64,000 nt of DNA from Trueperaceae bacterium (GTDB lineage Bacteria > Deinococcota > Deinococci > Deinococcales > Trueperaceae): NCBI GenBank assembly GCA_965215565.1, contig CBDCDZ010000004.1:3392001-3456000 (forward strand), written 5' to 3'. How positions within the stretch are numbered: position 1 is the stretch's first letter; each line of letters opens with the position of its first letter. Below are positions 32,062 through 42,317 of this stretch, piece after piece. The position numbers were made by a program, and so were the translations under genes. Below the pieces are notes generated by a model. The model was not told the DNA's origin, did no database searches, and worked only from the letters and a program-made list of their open reading frames with translations.

Positions 32062-33021
32062 TTACCGGGGTGTCGCGCCGAGCCGCTCCAGCGCTCTGGT
32101 AGCGGGTTCGAACGTCGGATCGGCGGCGAGCGCGGCGTCGTAGTTGGCGGCGGCTTCTCTGAGTTCGCCGAGCGCCTCATACGCCTCTCCTAAGCCGTAA
32201 AACGCTTCGACGTAGGCGGGCGAAGGGAGCGCGTTATCCGCGCCACCATCCGCTAAGCTCGCGTTATCTAGCACGTTGAGGGCATCGTTCCACATCTTAA
32301 TCGATTCTTCATAGTCGCCGCTGAGGGCTAGGAGCTTGGCGCGGTGCAGGTGTGACCAGGGCTCGAGCGTCCCTTCGGGGGTCGCGGCGGCGGCTTCGTA
32401 AGCCCTTAACGCACGTTCGAAGTTGCCCGCTTGCCAAGCGACGCGCCCCAAGTCCATCGCGACGCTGTAGGAGGGGGCTTGCTCTAGGGTGGCCTCGAGC
32501 AGCGTTTGCGCCCTTATGAGGTCGCCACGGGCGGCGGCGATGAGGGCTTCGAGCTGGGTATATGCGGGTTTCGCGGCACTTAGCGAGAGAACGCGCTCCA
32601 ACTGCGTCTCAGCCGTGGCGAGGTCGCCCGTCAGGTAGAGCGCTCTCGCATAGAGGTAGTGTGCCTCGGCGCTCTCCGGTAGCGCCTGGACGAGTTCTGG
32701 ACCCTCGACTTGTGCGGCGAGTGCGTAGAGCCCCTCTTGGAGCAGCGTGCGCATCTCGTCCAAAGAGGTAGTAGGTGCTTGCGCGAAGGTTAAGGGTACT
32801 GCGCAGAGGAGGAGCCCAAGCGCAAGGTGACGCCGAAGCGCTCTGAGAACGGCGCAGAGCGGTCTCTTCAGACACTCTAGGCGCGTTCCCAGAGACCGCA
32901 TCGCGTCAGCGTAGGTGAGGTTGCGCGCTGCCTCACGTGCGCTCTCACTGACCGTTGAATGAAGAGACGCCTTGACTGGCTCCCTTCTCAGCCCGGTGTA
33001 AGGACGTTTAGCCCGGCTCAT
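32062..33021 (-). CDS. Exported tetratricopeptide-repeat protein (start uncertain)
   Basis: Signal-like segment followed by TPR helices (AHYLYARALY, AFYGLGEAYEALG). Confidence 0.8.
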   Translation of the reverse strand: MSRAKRPYTGLRREPVKASLHSTVSESAREAARNLTYADAMRSLGTRLECLKRPLCAVLRALRRHLALGLLLCAVPLTFAQAPTTSLDEMRTLLQEGLYALAAQVEGPELVQALPESAEAHYLYARALYLTGDLATAETQLERVLSLSAAKPAYTQLEALIAAARGDLIRAQTLLEATLEQAPSYSVAMDLGRVAWQAGNFERALRAYEAAAATPEGTLEPWSHLHRAKLLALSGDYEESIKMWNDALNVLDNASLADGGADNALPSPAYVEAFYGLGEAYEALGELREAAANYDAALAADPTFEPATRALERLGATPR

Positions 33022-33074
33022 AATCACCTATTCTAGCGTTCTCATATGAGCGCACCGCAAAAGCTGAGCCGCAC

Positions 33075-33980
33075 TTACGCGGTTTCCTTTTCGGACCTGT
33101 TCTCGGGCTCGTTCTCAGACCTGTTCTCAGTCTCCTTCTCGGCGTAGTCGGGGTTCGCCCGCACGTCGGGCTTGCGCGGGTACGTCGCCGCGTCCACGGC
33201 GCGTTCCGCGAAGCGTTCGTCGCCTTCACGCTCCTTCCAAACCCTCGGTTTGGCGGGGACGCCCAAGCCCACCACGTGCGGCTCGAAGTCTCGGGTGGCG
33301 AGCGCGAACGCGCCCATCATGCTGTCGTCGCTGAGCACGGTGCCCGCCAGTACCGTCGCGTGATAGGCGACGCGCACCCCCTTACCGATGACGGTCTCTT
33401 TCAAGGTGACGTCGGGTACGTCTAGGATGCTATGCGTGTGGCTGTAGACGTTGACGTAGTCGGAGAGGCTCGCGTTGTCAAAGAGCTTCACGCCGCCGAT
33501 ATCGTCGATGAACACGTGCCGGTGGATCGTCACGTCGTCGCCCGCTTCGATGTTGTAGCCCACCGACACCTCGACGTTCTGAAAAATTTTGAGGTTTTTG
33601 CCGGCGCGCGCAAAGATACGCTCGGCGAGCATCCGCCGCAAGCGCACGCCGCTCTCCACCGATTGACCGAGCGGGGTCTGGTCTAAGCTTTTCCAGAGCC
33701 ACAGGAGCGGTTTGACCTGAGCGAACTTCGCCTGGTCCGTCGCGACGTAGTGCTCCGCCTCGAAGGTGACGTTGCGCGGGTCTAAAGCGAGCGCGGCGAT
33801 GGGCGAAGCGGCTTCGACGTCGGCGTAGCTTTTGGCGTACATGACGTGCGCGAGAACGTCGCGCACCACCTCGTTGCGGTCTAAACCGGCGTCGTCGAGC
33901 CTCTCGGCGAGACTGCCGATGAAGTGGGTGAGCGCTTTCTCCGCGTGGCTGGGGAGTGAGCGGGGAATGAGCCAAGGCAC
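33075..33980 (-). CDS. Hexapeptide-repeat (left-handed beta-helix) acyltransferase
   Basis: Hexapeptide repeats; GVPAK motif near the C-terminus. Confidence 0.85.
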   Translation of the reverse strand: MPWLIPRSLPSHAEKALTHFIGSLAERLDDAGLDRNEVVRDVLAHVMYAKSYADVEAASPIAALALDPRNVTFEAEHYVATDQAKFAQVKPLLWLWKSLDQTPLGQSVESGVRLRRMLAERIFARAGKNLKIFQNVEVSVGYNIEAGDDVTIHRHVFIDDIGGVKLFDNASLSDYVNVYSHTHSILDVPDVTLKETVIGKGVRVAYHATVLAGTVLSDDSMMGAFALATRDFEPHVVGLGVPAKPRVWKEREGDERFAERAVDAATYPRKPDVRANPDYAEKETENRSENEPENRSEKETA

Positions 33981-34064
33981 ACGTTCACCTTAGCGTCATG
34001 AAGCTATAGGTGCGGGTAGCTTGGCTGACGCAGAGGAATAGGGCGCGGGTAGAACAGCTCGAGC

Positions 34065-34685
34065 TTACAAGCGTACCCCTGTAACGCCCGCGTCGGCGTC
34101 GCTGAGCACCGTGACTTGCCGCCCCAAGACCTCGGCGGCGCGTTCGCCCAAATCAGGGGCGGGCTCGAGTCCAGCCGCGCTCACGAGCACCGGACGCGCT
34201 TGCAGCGCCACGCTGTGATTCCTTTCCAAACGCGCCATGAGCGACTCGAAAGACCAGTCCGCTACCCAGATATTTTTGAGCGCGATGAGCGCGGGGCGTC
34301 CGCGCGTCGCGGTGACGCCCGCGTCTTCGCTCACCTGACCGGGACGGCGCACGCGCACGCGGCTCGGCAGAGGCGCGAGACCTTCGTAGAAGAGGTCGAT
34401 AGCACCGTCGAGCAGGAAGTGCGCCTTGAGGAGCCCCTGCGCTTCGGGGGCCAACTCCTCGATGTCGTCCTCATCGGGATTGCTGAGGTCGAGCCCGCGA
34501 AAGAGGGCGTTAAGTTGCGCGGGCAGGTTGTTGGTGCGGTAAAAGGTCTCTTCGACCTCAGCCGGGACGACGCGCAGCGGTGCGAGGGTGAGACCGGCGT
34601 CGCTCAACCTCTGCAGGGCGGAGAGTTCGGGCTCGAGCTGCGGCGTTTCGCCCAGCGTGACGAGTGTGCGAGAGGAGGTCACCAT
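34065..34685 (-). CDS. Hypothetical protein
   Basis: 206-aa ORF with host codon usage; leaderless-type TATGAT box upstream. Confidence 0.65.
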   Translation of the reverse strand: MVTSSRTLVTLGETPQLEPELSALQRLSDAGLTLAPLRVVPAEVEETFYRTNNLPAQLNALFRGLDLSNPDEDDIEELAPEAQGLLKAHFLLDGAIDLFYEGLAPLPSRVRVRRPGQVSEDAGVTATRGRPALIALKNIWVADWSFESLMARLERNHSVALQARPVLVSAAGLEPAPDLGERAAEVLGRQVTVLSDADAGVTGVRL

Positions 34686-34751
34686 AGGGAGGCATCATAC
34701 CAGTAAAGCCGCGCTTCACCTCGAGCCTCATCTCGGTGATACACTAAAGAG

Positions 34752-36035
34752 GTGTTGACGAAGCGCCGTACCGGAAAAGGCCGTAGACTCGCCAAAGGGC
34801 TCCGCCTCCTCCTCATCGTCGTGCTGCTGCTCGCGCTAGCGGGGCTCATCGCGGCGCTAGGGAGTCGCTACTTGGAGGTAGCCGAGGTGCGCGTCCCCGA
34901 GGTGGTCGGGGCTGACTTCAGCGCTGCGCAGCGGGCGCTGCGCCAGGTTGGTTTGAACGCTGCACCTTATAACGAGAACGTGCCGGGCGCAGCCGTCGAC
35001 AGCGTGACCGCGCAGAGCCCCGAAGCGGGCGTCACCGTGCGCCGCGGGCGCAGCGTCAGCGTAGGTGTGCACACGCCGCCGGGCGACACGCGCGTCCCGA
35101 GTCTGGTGGGTCTCTTACAGAGTGGCCTCACCACGCAGCTTTCTGACCGGGGCTTGCAACTCGGCGAGGTGAGTTACCAGTACAGCGACAGACCCGAGGG
35201 TCAGATCATCGCCCAGTCACCGGACGCGGGCGGCTTGCTCGGCGCGGGCAGCGGCGTCGACGTCGTCGTGAGCCGCGGGCAAGAGGAGCGCGAGGCGGAG
35301 TTGCCCAACCTCGTAGGTTTACCTTTAGAGGAGGCGAAGCGGCGCTTAGAAGGTCTCGGCTTTCGCCGCGTCGAAGAGGTCGCGACGCGCTTAGGGCGCG
35401 CGGGGGTCAACGCGCAGAGCCCGCGTCCCGGCGAGCGCGCGCAGGTGAGTGCGCCCGTCACCCTCTACTACACCTTTAGTGGCGGACAAGTGGTGCGTGT
35501 TCCTAACGTGAAGGGGTTGCCTGTGGAGCAAGCTGAAAGAGCGCTCCGCGCCGCCGGTCTCAACGTCGTGTGGGTCAACGAGGACCCTTATGACCCCGCC
35601 CAACCTCCCGGCGTCTCAGAAGTCAACCCGAGCCGTTACACGCTGCGCGGCACGCCCGTCGCGCTCCGCGTGAACGGCTCCGCGGGCTCGTTCCGGCCAC
35701 GCCCGCCGCAGACGAACGCGGGTCAAGAGGGCGCGCGGCAGAGACCGAGGCAGGGTACACAGGCAGAGGGCGGCAACGGAGGTGAGCAGCCCAACGCTCA
35801 GCGTGGCGATGGGCGCAGTATCCCCGTGAACTTCGACCCCAGCATCTACGGCTCGTTTCTGCGCGGCAAACCTTATGAATTTCGCTTAGACGTAACCGAC
35901 GCCGCCGGCGAACGCACCGTCATCAGCCGCTCGATGCCCGCCGACGAACCCATCAATGACTCTGTAGAGGTCTACGGCGAAGCCGAACTGCGCATGTTTA
36001 TCGACGGGCAAATCGTGTTGGCGTTCAACCCTTAA
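34752..36035 (+). CDS. PASTA-domain membrane protein
   Basis: N-terminal TM helix, four VP-(V/L)-G...QSP--G repeats. Confidence 0.9.
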   Translation: MLTKRRTGKGRRLAKGLRLLLIVVLLLALAGLIAALGSRYLEVAEVRVPEVVGADFSAAQRALRQVGLNAAPYNENVPGAAVDSVTAQSPEAGVTVRRGRSVSVGVHTPPGDTRVPSLVGLLQSGLTTQLSDRGLQLGEVSYQYSDRPEGQIIAQSPDAGGLLGAGSGVDVVVSRGQEEREAELPNLVGLPLEEAKRRLEGLGFRRVEEVATRLGRAGVNAQSPRPGERAQVSAPVTLYYTFSGGQVVRVPNVKGLPVEQAERALRAAGLNVVWVNEDPYDPAQPPGVSEVNPSRYTLRGTPVALRVNGSAGSFRPRPPQTNAGQEGARQRPRQGTQAEGGNGGEQPNAQRGDGRSIPVNFDPSIYGSFLRGKPYEFRLDVTDAAGERTVISRSMPADEPINDSVEVYGEAELRMFIDGQIVLAFNP

Positions 36036-36056
36036 AACCGTTCTACTTTCAATTAA

Positions 36057-36089
36057 GTCAGCGCCGCCTCAGCTCGAGGCGGCGCTGAC
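36057..36089. terminator. Hairpin terminator
   Basis: GTCAGCGCCGCCTC-AGCTC-GAGGCGGCGCTGAC. Confidence 0.7.
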
Positions 36090-36174
36090 CTCTTGAGGGT
36101 TGACTATCTCGGAGCTGGTACTGCTCAACCTCTTCAACACACAGTGAACCTTCTTAGGTGACAGAGCACATGGC

Positions 36175-36203
36175 GTAGGGGTGGGTTTCAAACCCACCCC
36201 TAC
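36175..36203. repeat. GTAG-type REP-like palindrome
   Basis: GTAGGGGTGGGTTT-C-AAACCCACCCCTAC. Confidence 0.55.
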
Positions 36204-36400
36204 TGAATTGCCTCTTTCTGTGGCGCTCACGTTCACTAAAAGTCCTCACGACTCAGCGCCGTACCAAGAAATTCACATTTGTAGTGCATCACCCAATTGG
36301 GGGTAGTGGGCTCTGCGCCGCTCCGTCATCATGCGGAGAGGCAGACGCCAATCTCATGCGAGGTGATTTTTGACATGGACCCAACCCTAAGGACTTTTCC

Positions 36401-36853
36401 GTGACGCGGCAAGGCTTCTCTATCTTAGAGCTGCTCGTTGTGATGGCTGTTGCTGGCATCATTATGGGCATCGCGGCGCTGAACCTCAAGCCGCTGCAAG
36501 GCGACCTGCAAAACAGCACGAGCAACCTAGCAGGTCACATGAAGAAGGTGCGCGCCAGAGCGATGGCGAGCACGTCGGCGTATCACATCGTCTACGTGTC
36601 GCCGAGCGAACTCCGCGCCGAGGTCAGCGTGCGGTGCTCGGACAACTCCAACACCTGGCAAGACGCGCCGGGCTTCGGCTTCGTCCTCGAAGAGCCCATC
36701 ACACTAGTCAACAACCTTAACGAAGGTGACGAAATGGTTTGCTTCTCGAGCCGCGGTCTAGGGAATGCGAGCCCAACCTTTACGCTCCGCGACGACAAGG
36801 GCAAGACGCGCCGAATTGAGCTGTTTAGAGGTGGGGCGGTGGAGGTTCGATGA
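36401..36853 (+). CDS. Minor type IV pilin (FimT/GspH-like)
   Basis: Class III signal QG|FSILELLVVMAV. Confidence 0.88.
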   Translation: MTRQGFSILELLVVMAVAGIIMGIAALNLKPLQGDLQNSTSNLAGHMKKVRARAMASTSAYHIVYVSPSELRAEVSVRCSDNSNTWQDAPGFGFVLEEPITLVNNLNEGDEMVCFSSRGLGNASPTFTLRDDKGKTRRIELFRGGAVEVR

Positions 36854-37263
36854 ACACGTCCATGAACACCTCTATGAACGCCCGTGGCTTCAGTCTTATC
36901 GAGGCGCTTATCGCCCTGTCCATCCTCTCAGTAGTGCTCGCCAGTGTCGTTCCGCTCTTCATCACCTTTTCCCGGAGCAATCTGGATAGCCAGCGCCGCA
37001 CGGAAGCGATTGCGGTGGCGCAGATGGTGGTGGACGAACTGCGCCAACAGTCCTTCGAGCAGTGGCCCGAATCTATGGCCTGACCCGGACGGTGTGAAAT
37101 CCCGCTCGAGCGGTCACGAAGATACCCTTTACGACGCAAGAATTTCATACTGCACAGCGGACCTGCCCCTGTGCGGCTCCGGTGCCAGACATACCCGAGT
37201 GGAGGTGGTGAAAGATGGCAGAGACGTACTATCAAGTCGAAACGGTCTACACGCAGTTCGATG
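36850..37263 (+). pseudogene. Minor pilin (PilV-like), frameshifted after ~37080
   Basis: RG|FSLIEALIAL; the continuation (YCTADLPLC...VETVYTQF) lies in other frames. Confidence 0.7.
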
Positions 37264-38221
37264 TCCCGCAGGACTAGCGGTGTCACCCTCATCGAGCTGC
37301 TCATCTCGGTGGCGGTAGGGCTCATCATTATTACGTCGGCGTTTGGGCTCACTATGTCGAACCGCCAACTCCTAGCCGTTGACCAAGAGCGCACCGAAGT
37401 CAACCAAAACTTGCGCAGCGCCCTCGATATCATCGGCGCGGACGTGCGCGTGACGGGCGAGCGCTTGGGCTCGACGGGCGTACCTGCGATGGCGGTGCGC
37501 AACGGCAACGAGCTAGTCTTGCGCCGTTCGGTGCACGACGACGTGATGCCCGCGTGCAGCGATTCTACCGATTATCCCACGATTTATGATCATCAGCTTT
37601 TCCTGCGAAAGGCAACGAAACCCGAACTTCCCAGAATGCTCGACGGACATCGCCCGTGACAGTAAAAGAGGGTTTATCAGACGGAGTCGTGTACGAGATG
37701 GCAGCGACGGCATACCCGACGACGCTCCATTACTGGCATGGACTAAAAACGAGAATGGTGGAACACTTCCAGCTTACATCTACAGCCAAGGGACGGTGAC
37801 AAGGCGAAGTTCCTTTAGCGTTAATAGATGATGGCGAAGCTAAGGTCAAAGGTCTAAAGCAAAGGTAAAGGTGGAGCTATTTCGAAGGTATAGCCATCGC
37901 GACGGTTCTTGGGTAAAAAGATTACAACATGCTCGAGCAGAACAGTATCTACCTCTTAGAGGAGCGGCGCTACCGCCTCAACGACGACGGCGTGCTCGAG
38001 CTTGTCCTCAACGATGACGGCAACAACGTGCAGCGCGTGGTCAACGGCTTGGGCGAGTTCAACATCACTGCAATCCTCAATGATGACAGCGGCACTCTGA
38101 CTTCGGCGAAGTTGCGGGCGAAAACTGGAAAGACCTAAAAGCCATCGAAATCGAACTCAAGAGTGAAGAGGGGCGCACGCTCAGCTCGCAATTCTTCCCA
38201 CGTAACGCGCTCTCGCGTTAA
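37261..38221 (+). pseudogene. Minor pilin (PilW-like), multiple frameshifts
   Basis: SG|VTLIELLISV; fragments at 37586-37831 and 37929-38138; ends FFPRNALSR*. Confidence 0.7.
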
Positions 38222-38245
38222 GGCAAGTTAAGGAGACAAGGTAAG

Positions 38246-40163
38246 ATGAAACAAACCAACCGACAACACGGCTTCGCGCTTATCACGGTGCTCATCATGC
38301 TCGTGGTCTTTATGGCGCTCGTCACCGCCTACTTCACGCTGACGGGTATCGAGCTGTCGACGACGGCCTCGAGCGCGGCTAGCACTAGCGGCTTCTACGC
38401 CTCAGAAGGTGGGCTAAACGTACGCGGTGAGGCAATTCGCCAGACCTTCTTGGACTACAACCAGCCGGAAGGTTTAGCCGTAGACGAAGACACCGCCTGC
38501 CAAGACTCGAGCGACTTCGAAGCGCCTGAAAGCGACGACTACGCCTGCCGCCAAACCACCATCGGCGGACGCAACGTCATCACCTACGTCACCGAGGACG
38601 AGGACAACAACGATGGTAGAATCATCCGTATCCCCAACAGTGAGACCTTCGGCGGTCTCAACGCCATCCAGAACCGCTACGACGTTCACTCCGAGGCGCG
38701 CAACCCGCGTGACAACACCCTAGAAGCGCGCACCATGATGACCTTTCGCAGCCGCTTGGTGCCCGTCTTTCAGTTCGCCGCGTTCTACAACAAAGACTTA
38801 GAAATCGCGCCGGGCGCTGACATGACCCTAAACGGGCGCGTCCACGTCAATGGTGACCTCTACACAAACGCGAACAACACGCTGCACCATCACAGGTAAA
38901 GTGACGACTGCCGAGCGCGAAAATGGCGAGGGAGGCAACTTCTACCGTGGGCGTAAAGACAGAAATAGTTGTGGTGGCACGGTGCGCGTCGGGGACGCAA
39001 ATTCGAACACAAACCCTGACCCAGCGGTTGAGTGCAAGGATGGTGATCGTGAGGGTAGAGTTTCTCAAGACACGCTCGACGCTTGGAACGAACAGATTAA
39101 AACAGGACTCGAGAACTTGAGTGTTCCCAAAGTTGACGCCTTTAATCCTGGTGGGGAGTACTGGGACCAAGCTGACTTGCGCATCGCTTATGACGTAGAA
39201 AACGAATAGAATCATCGTGCCACAAAGAAATATCGTCGCCAACCAAATTCAAGCTGGACGGGACGGCATCAAACGCACTTCAAGCCTGTCAAAACGCTAA
39301 CTCCGACTCGCCAACCCTGGAATGGGGGAGCTGCCCCGCCTATCTCCAATGCGGTCGCTGTTTCGAATAGTCTTCCGTGATAGGCGTGAAGGTAACAATG
39401 GTAGAAAAATCATGCTCGAGATCGACGTTCAGGCCCTCTCTGCGCTGCATGAGCGACAACCCGCTTATGTGGAGCAACAACCCCAACAGTGACATCGACG
39501 AAACGTCGCAGGGTGGTCTGGTTATCTACGCTACTGTGTTCGATAATAGTGCTAACCCTCGTGGCAACCCTATCAATAACTACGGCGTCCGCGTGCGTAA
39601 CGGTGACCAGCTTCGCTCCAGCGATCCGAGCCACCCTCAAATCCAAGGCTTGACGTTCGCTACCGACCAAGCGATGTATGTTCAAGGCGACTACAACCGC
39701 GATGACCGTCCCGGTGACCTGGAGACCTGCGAGCTTCTTGGCGGACTCGCTCAATATCCTCTCGAGTGCTTGGACTAACGATACAAACAGCAACGGAGGA
39801 CTCGGCAACCGCGTTGCTAAGGATACAGAGATCAACGCAGCCTTCCTCGCTGGTACTGACTCCACTGGCAACGAAGAAGGTACAGGCGGACAAGGCGGCG
39901 ACTACAACGGCGGTTTAGAGAACTATCCTCGCCTCCATGAAAGGTGGTCAGGTAGAACGCTGACCTACAAAGGCTCTTTCGTGAGCTTCGATAAGCCACA
40001 ACACGTGAACGGCAAATGGGGACTCGGCGACGTCTATAAGGCCGCCCAAACGCAACTGGAGCTACGACACGCGCTTCAACAACGCCGAGCACTCCTGCCC
40101 CCGATGGCACCCCGCTTCGTCTACTTGCAGCAAGAGCGCTTCGTACGCGACTTCGAGAGATAA
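38246..40163 (+). pseudogene. PilX/ComZ-like large pilin-associated protein, multiple frameshifts
   Basis: HG|FALITVLIML; G-VH-NG motif; C-terminal GGLENYPRLHE and PP--PRF motifs spread over at least 4 ORF fragments. Confidence 0.75.
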
Positions 40164-40512
40164 ATCCAAATTCAAAAAACGTAGCGGCGCGGTAGGGTCC
40201 AACCCTGCCGCGCTTCCTCGTTCCTACTGAGTTGGAGCTTCTTATGGGTGCTCGCTGCTCTATAGTTTACGCTCTGCTCGCCACTCGCTCTAAGTGCACT
40301 TCGAAAATTTGTGCGAGCGCTGAGGTAAAGAGGTGGTTTATTCATGCACTCCTACACATCACCCCTTATCACGCTCAATCTCGCCAACAGAAGAGGTTGC
40401 AACCTCTTTTTTACGTCGTGGCGTCCGAAATGCAAGAGGATTGGAGCGTATGCCAGCCATTGCAACTTCTGGAGCAACCCACTCACGCTCATATAAGAGG
40501 TTGACGCTCAGT

Positions 40513-41298
40513 TCAGGGTAATAGCGCGTTGCGCGGGTAGGCGCGTACGCTCAAGAGGGGCAGCTCGAGCCTCCGCCCACGCTGCACGCGCCCCATCCGC
40601 AAGTTCAGCTCAACGGAGCCGTCCGCCTTGAAGACGAAGAGGGGCGGCTGCCCCTCCTCTGTGGGTTGCGCGTAGTCCACCAAAATCTGCGCAGTGCTAC
40701 CGCCCAACCCCCTGAGAACAACGCTCGGGTCGGGGGGAGACCTGAGCCTGTTGCCTGCGCGGTTGACCCCGTCGTAGACGTGTTGGCGGTACTCCATGAG
40801 GAGCCAGGCGTCATCGTTGGCGGGGTCTGGCTGCGGGGCGTACTTGGGGTTCGCCTCGTCCATGAAGACGCCGCGCTCGAGGGGGTAGTAGGCGTAGAAC
40901 ATGTAGCACATGTCTCTGTGATCCCTATTGCACGTCGTTACGTCTGCGTCCGAGGAGCCTTTGGGCGGCGCGAGCAGCGCGATAACGGGGTCCGCGCCTA
41001 CCGTCCAACTTTGCGCGCCGCGCACCGTGTTGCGAGTTCGCATCGTGTTCGTCATGGCGAAGCGCGTGCCCGGCGGGTAGATGTGCGAGGCTCCTTTGAG
41101 CCTCGAGACGATGAGCTGTTGCGCGATCTGACCCTCACTGAGGAGTTCGTTGCGGGCGTCTATCGTCGCGGAGGCGCGGAGCGAGCTGCCGAAGAGCTGC
41201 GTAAACGCGAGCAGGATGACGCCCATGATCGCTATTGCGATAAGAACCTCGAGCAGCGTGAGCCCGCGCCGACTTAGGTTGTGGGAGCGCGGGCTCAC
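40513..41298 (-). CDS. Minor pilin (PilW-like)
   Basis: RG|LTLLEVLIAIAI; ends YPRN. Confidence 0.88.
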   Translation of the reverse strand: MSPRSHNLSRRGLTLLEVLIAIAIMGVILLAFTQLFGSSLRASATIDARNELLSEGQIAQQLIVSRLKGASHIYPPGTRFAMTNTMRTRNTVRGAQSWTVGADPVIALLAPPKGSSDADVTTCNRDHRDMCYMFYAYYPLERGVFMDEANPKYAPQPDPANDDAWLLMEYRQHVYDGVNRAGNRLRSPPDPSVVLRGLGGSTAQILVDYAQPTEEGQPPLFVFKADGSVELNLRMGRVQRGRRLELPLLSVRAYPRNALLP

Positions 41299-41831
41299 GG
41301 CCTCGGGACGTCCACGGTGAGCGAGGTGGCGCGACTCGGGTCCGCGTTGCTCGGGTCAGCCGCCATCACGCTGACGGTGACGCGTTTCAGCGGCGGCGGG
41401 TTGAGCGCCCTCGCGCTATATGCGCTGCCGCCGCAGGTGAGGGGGAGCGCCTCGAGCGTCTTCGCATCAGCGTCGAGCGCCCAGACGCTCACCTTGACCT
41501 CGAAGCCTTCGCTAGGGTCCGGGAGGTTCTCTACGCAGTTACGCGCGTAGCGGCTGCGGCTCGCCCGGTGCGCCGCCGCGCTGCGCACCTCTTGTGGGGT
41601 TGGGTTCTGCGGGTCTCTGGCGGATGGATACGCGCGCCACTGCGCCTGAACGTGTTCGATAACCTCTTGCGCTTGCGCCGTAGCGCCCAGCGTCCGGGTG
41701 CTCTCTGCGGTCATCCGAAAGAGTCCGGTCAGCGGGGCGAGAATCGCGGTGGCGAGTACGCCCAGGAGCACCATCGCGACGAGCAATTCGACTAGGGTCA
41801 GCCCCTGTTCAAGGGTCCCCTTAGAGGTCAC
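41295..41831 (-). CDS. Minor pilin (PilV-like)
   Basis: QG|LTLVELLVAMVL. Confidence 0.88.
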   Translation of the reverse strand: MTSKGTLEQGLTLVELLVAMVLLGVLATAILAPLTGLFRMTAESTRTLGATAQAQEVIEHVQAQWRAYPSARDPQNPTPQEVRSAAAHRASRSRYARNCVENLPDPSEGFEVKVSVWALDADAKTLEALPLTCGGSAYSARALNPPPLKRVTVSVMAADPSNADPSRATSLTVDVPRP

Positions 41832-42303
41832 TGACGATCACCTTGCCCGTCACACCGATCACCTTGACGTAGCGCACCTCGTCCGTTCGCGTAGAGGAGA
41901 TGACGAAGCGCCTGTTGAGCGCGCCGCTGACCTCGCCGTAGGGCGCGGTGTAGGAGACCGCGCCGCTGCCGCGTTCAACCTCTACTTGAGCGTCGTGCGG
42001 AAGTTGCCGCGTCGTGGCGACGCCGTTCAAGGTGAGGACGTAGCTCGAGGCGTCCTCACCCAGCGCCACGCTCGCGCTCTGACTGTAGCGCTGCGCCGCG
42101 CTCCTCGCCCGGCGCAGATCAGCGGCGAACTGCACGGTGGCTTCTTGCAGTTGCGCCCTCCGCTGCGCCTCTAGGTAGGGACCTGAACCGAGTGAGGCGA
42201 GGATTCCAATGATGGCGAGCACGATGAGTAGCTCGGTGAGCGTAACGCCCCCTATCCCTATCGTCTTTGCTCCTGTCGTATTTGTCATCATCTTCATCGC
42301 CAT
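41821..42303 (-). CDS. Minor pilin (FimT/GspH-like); start uncertain
   Basis: GG|VTLTELLIVLAI; C-terminal VIGVTGKV. Confidence 0.85.
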   Translation of the reverse strand: MAMKMMTNTTGAKTIGIGGVTLTELLIVLAIIGILASLGSGPYLEAQRRAQLQEATVQFAADLRRARSAAQRYSQSASVALGEDASSYVLTLNGVATTRQLPHDAQVEVERGSGAVSYTAPYGEVSGALNRRFVISSTRTDEVRYVKVIGVTGKVIVSDL

Positions 42304-42317
42304 CGTTTTCGTCGTTG

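Noticed and set aside
37080..40110. Programmed frameshifting or phase variation in the pilin genes
   Set aside because: The breaks are too many and are not at obvious long homopolymer or slippery tracts.
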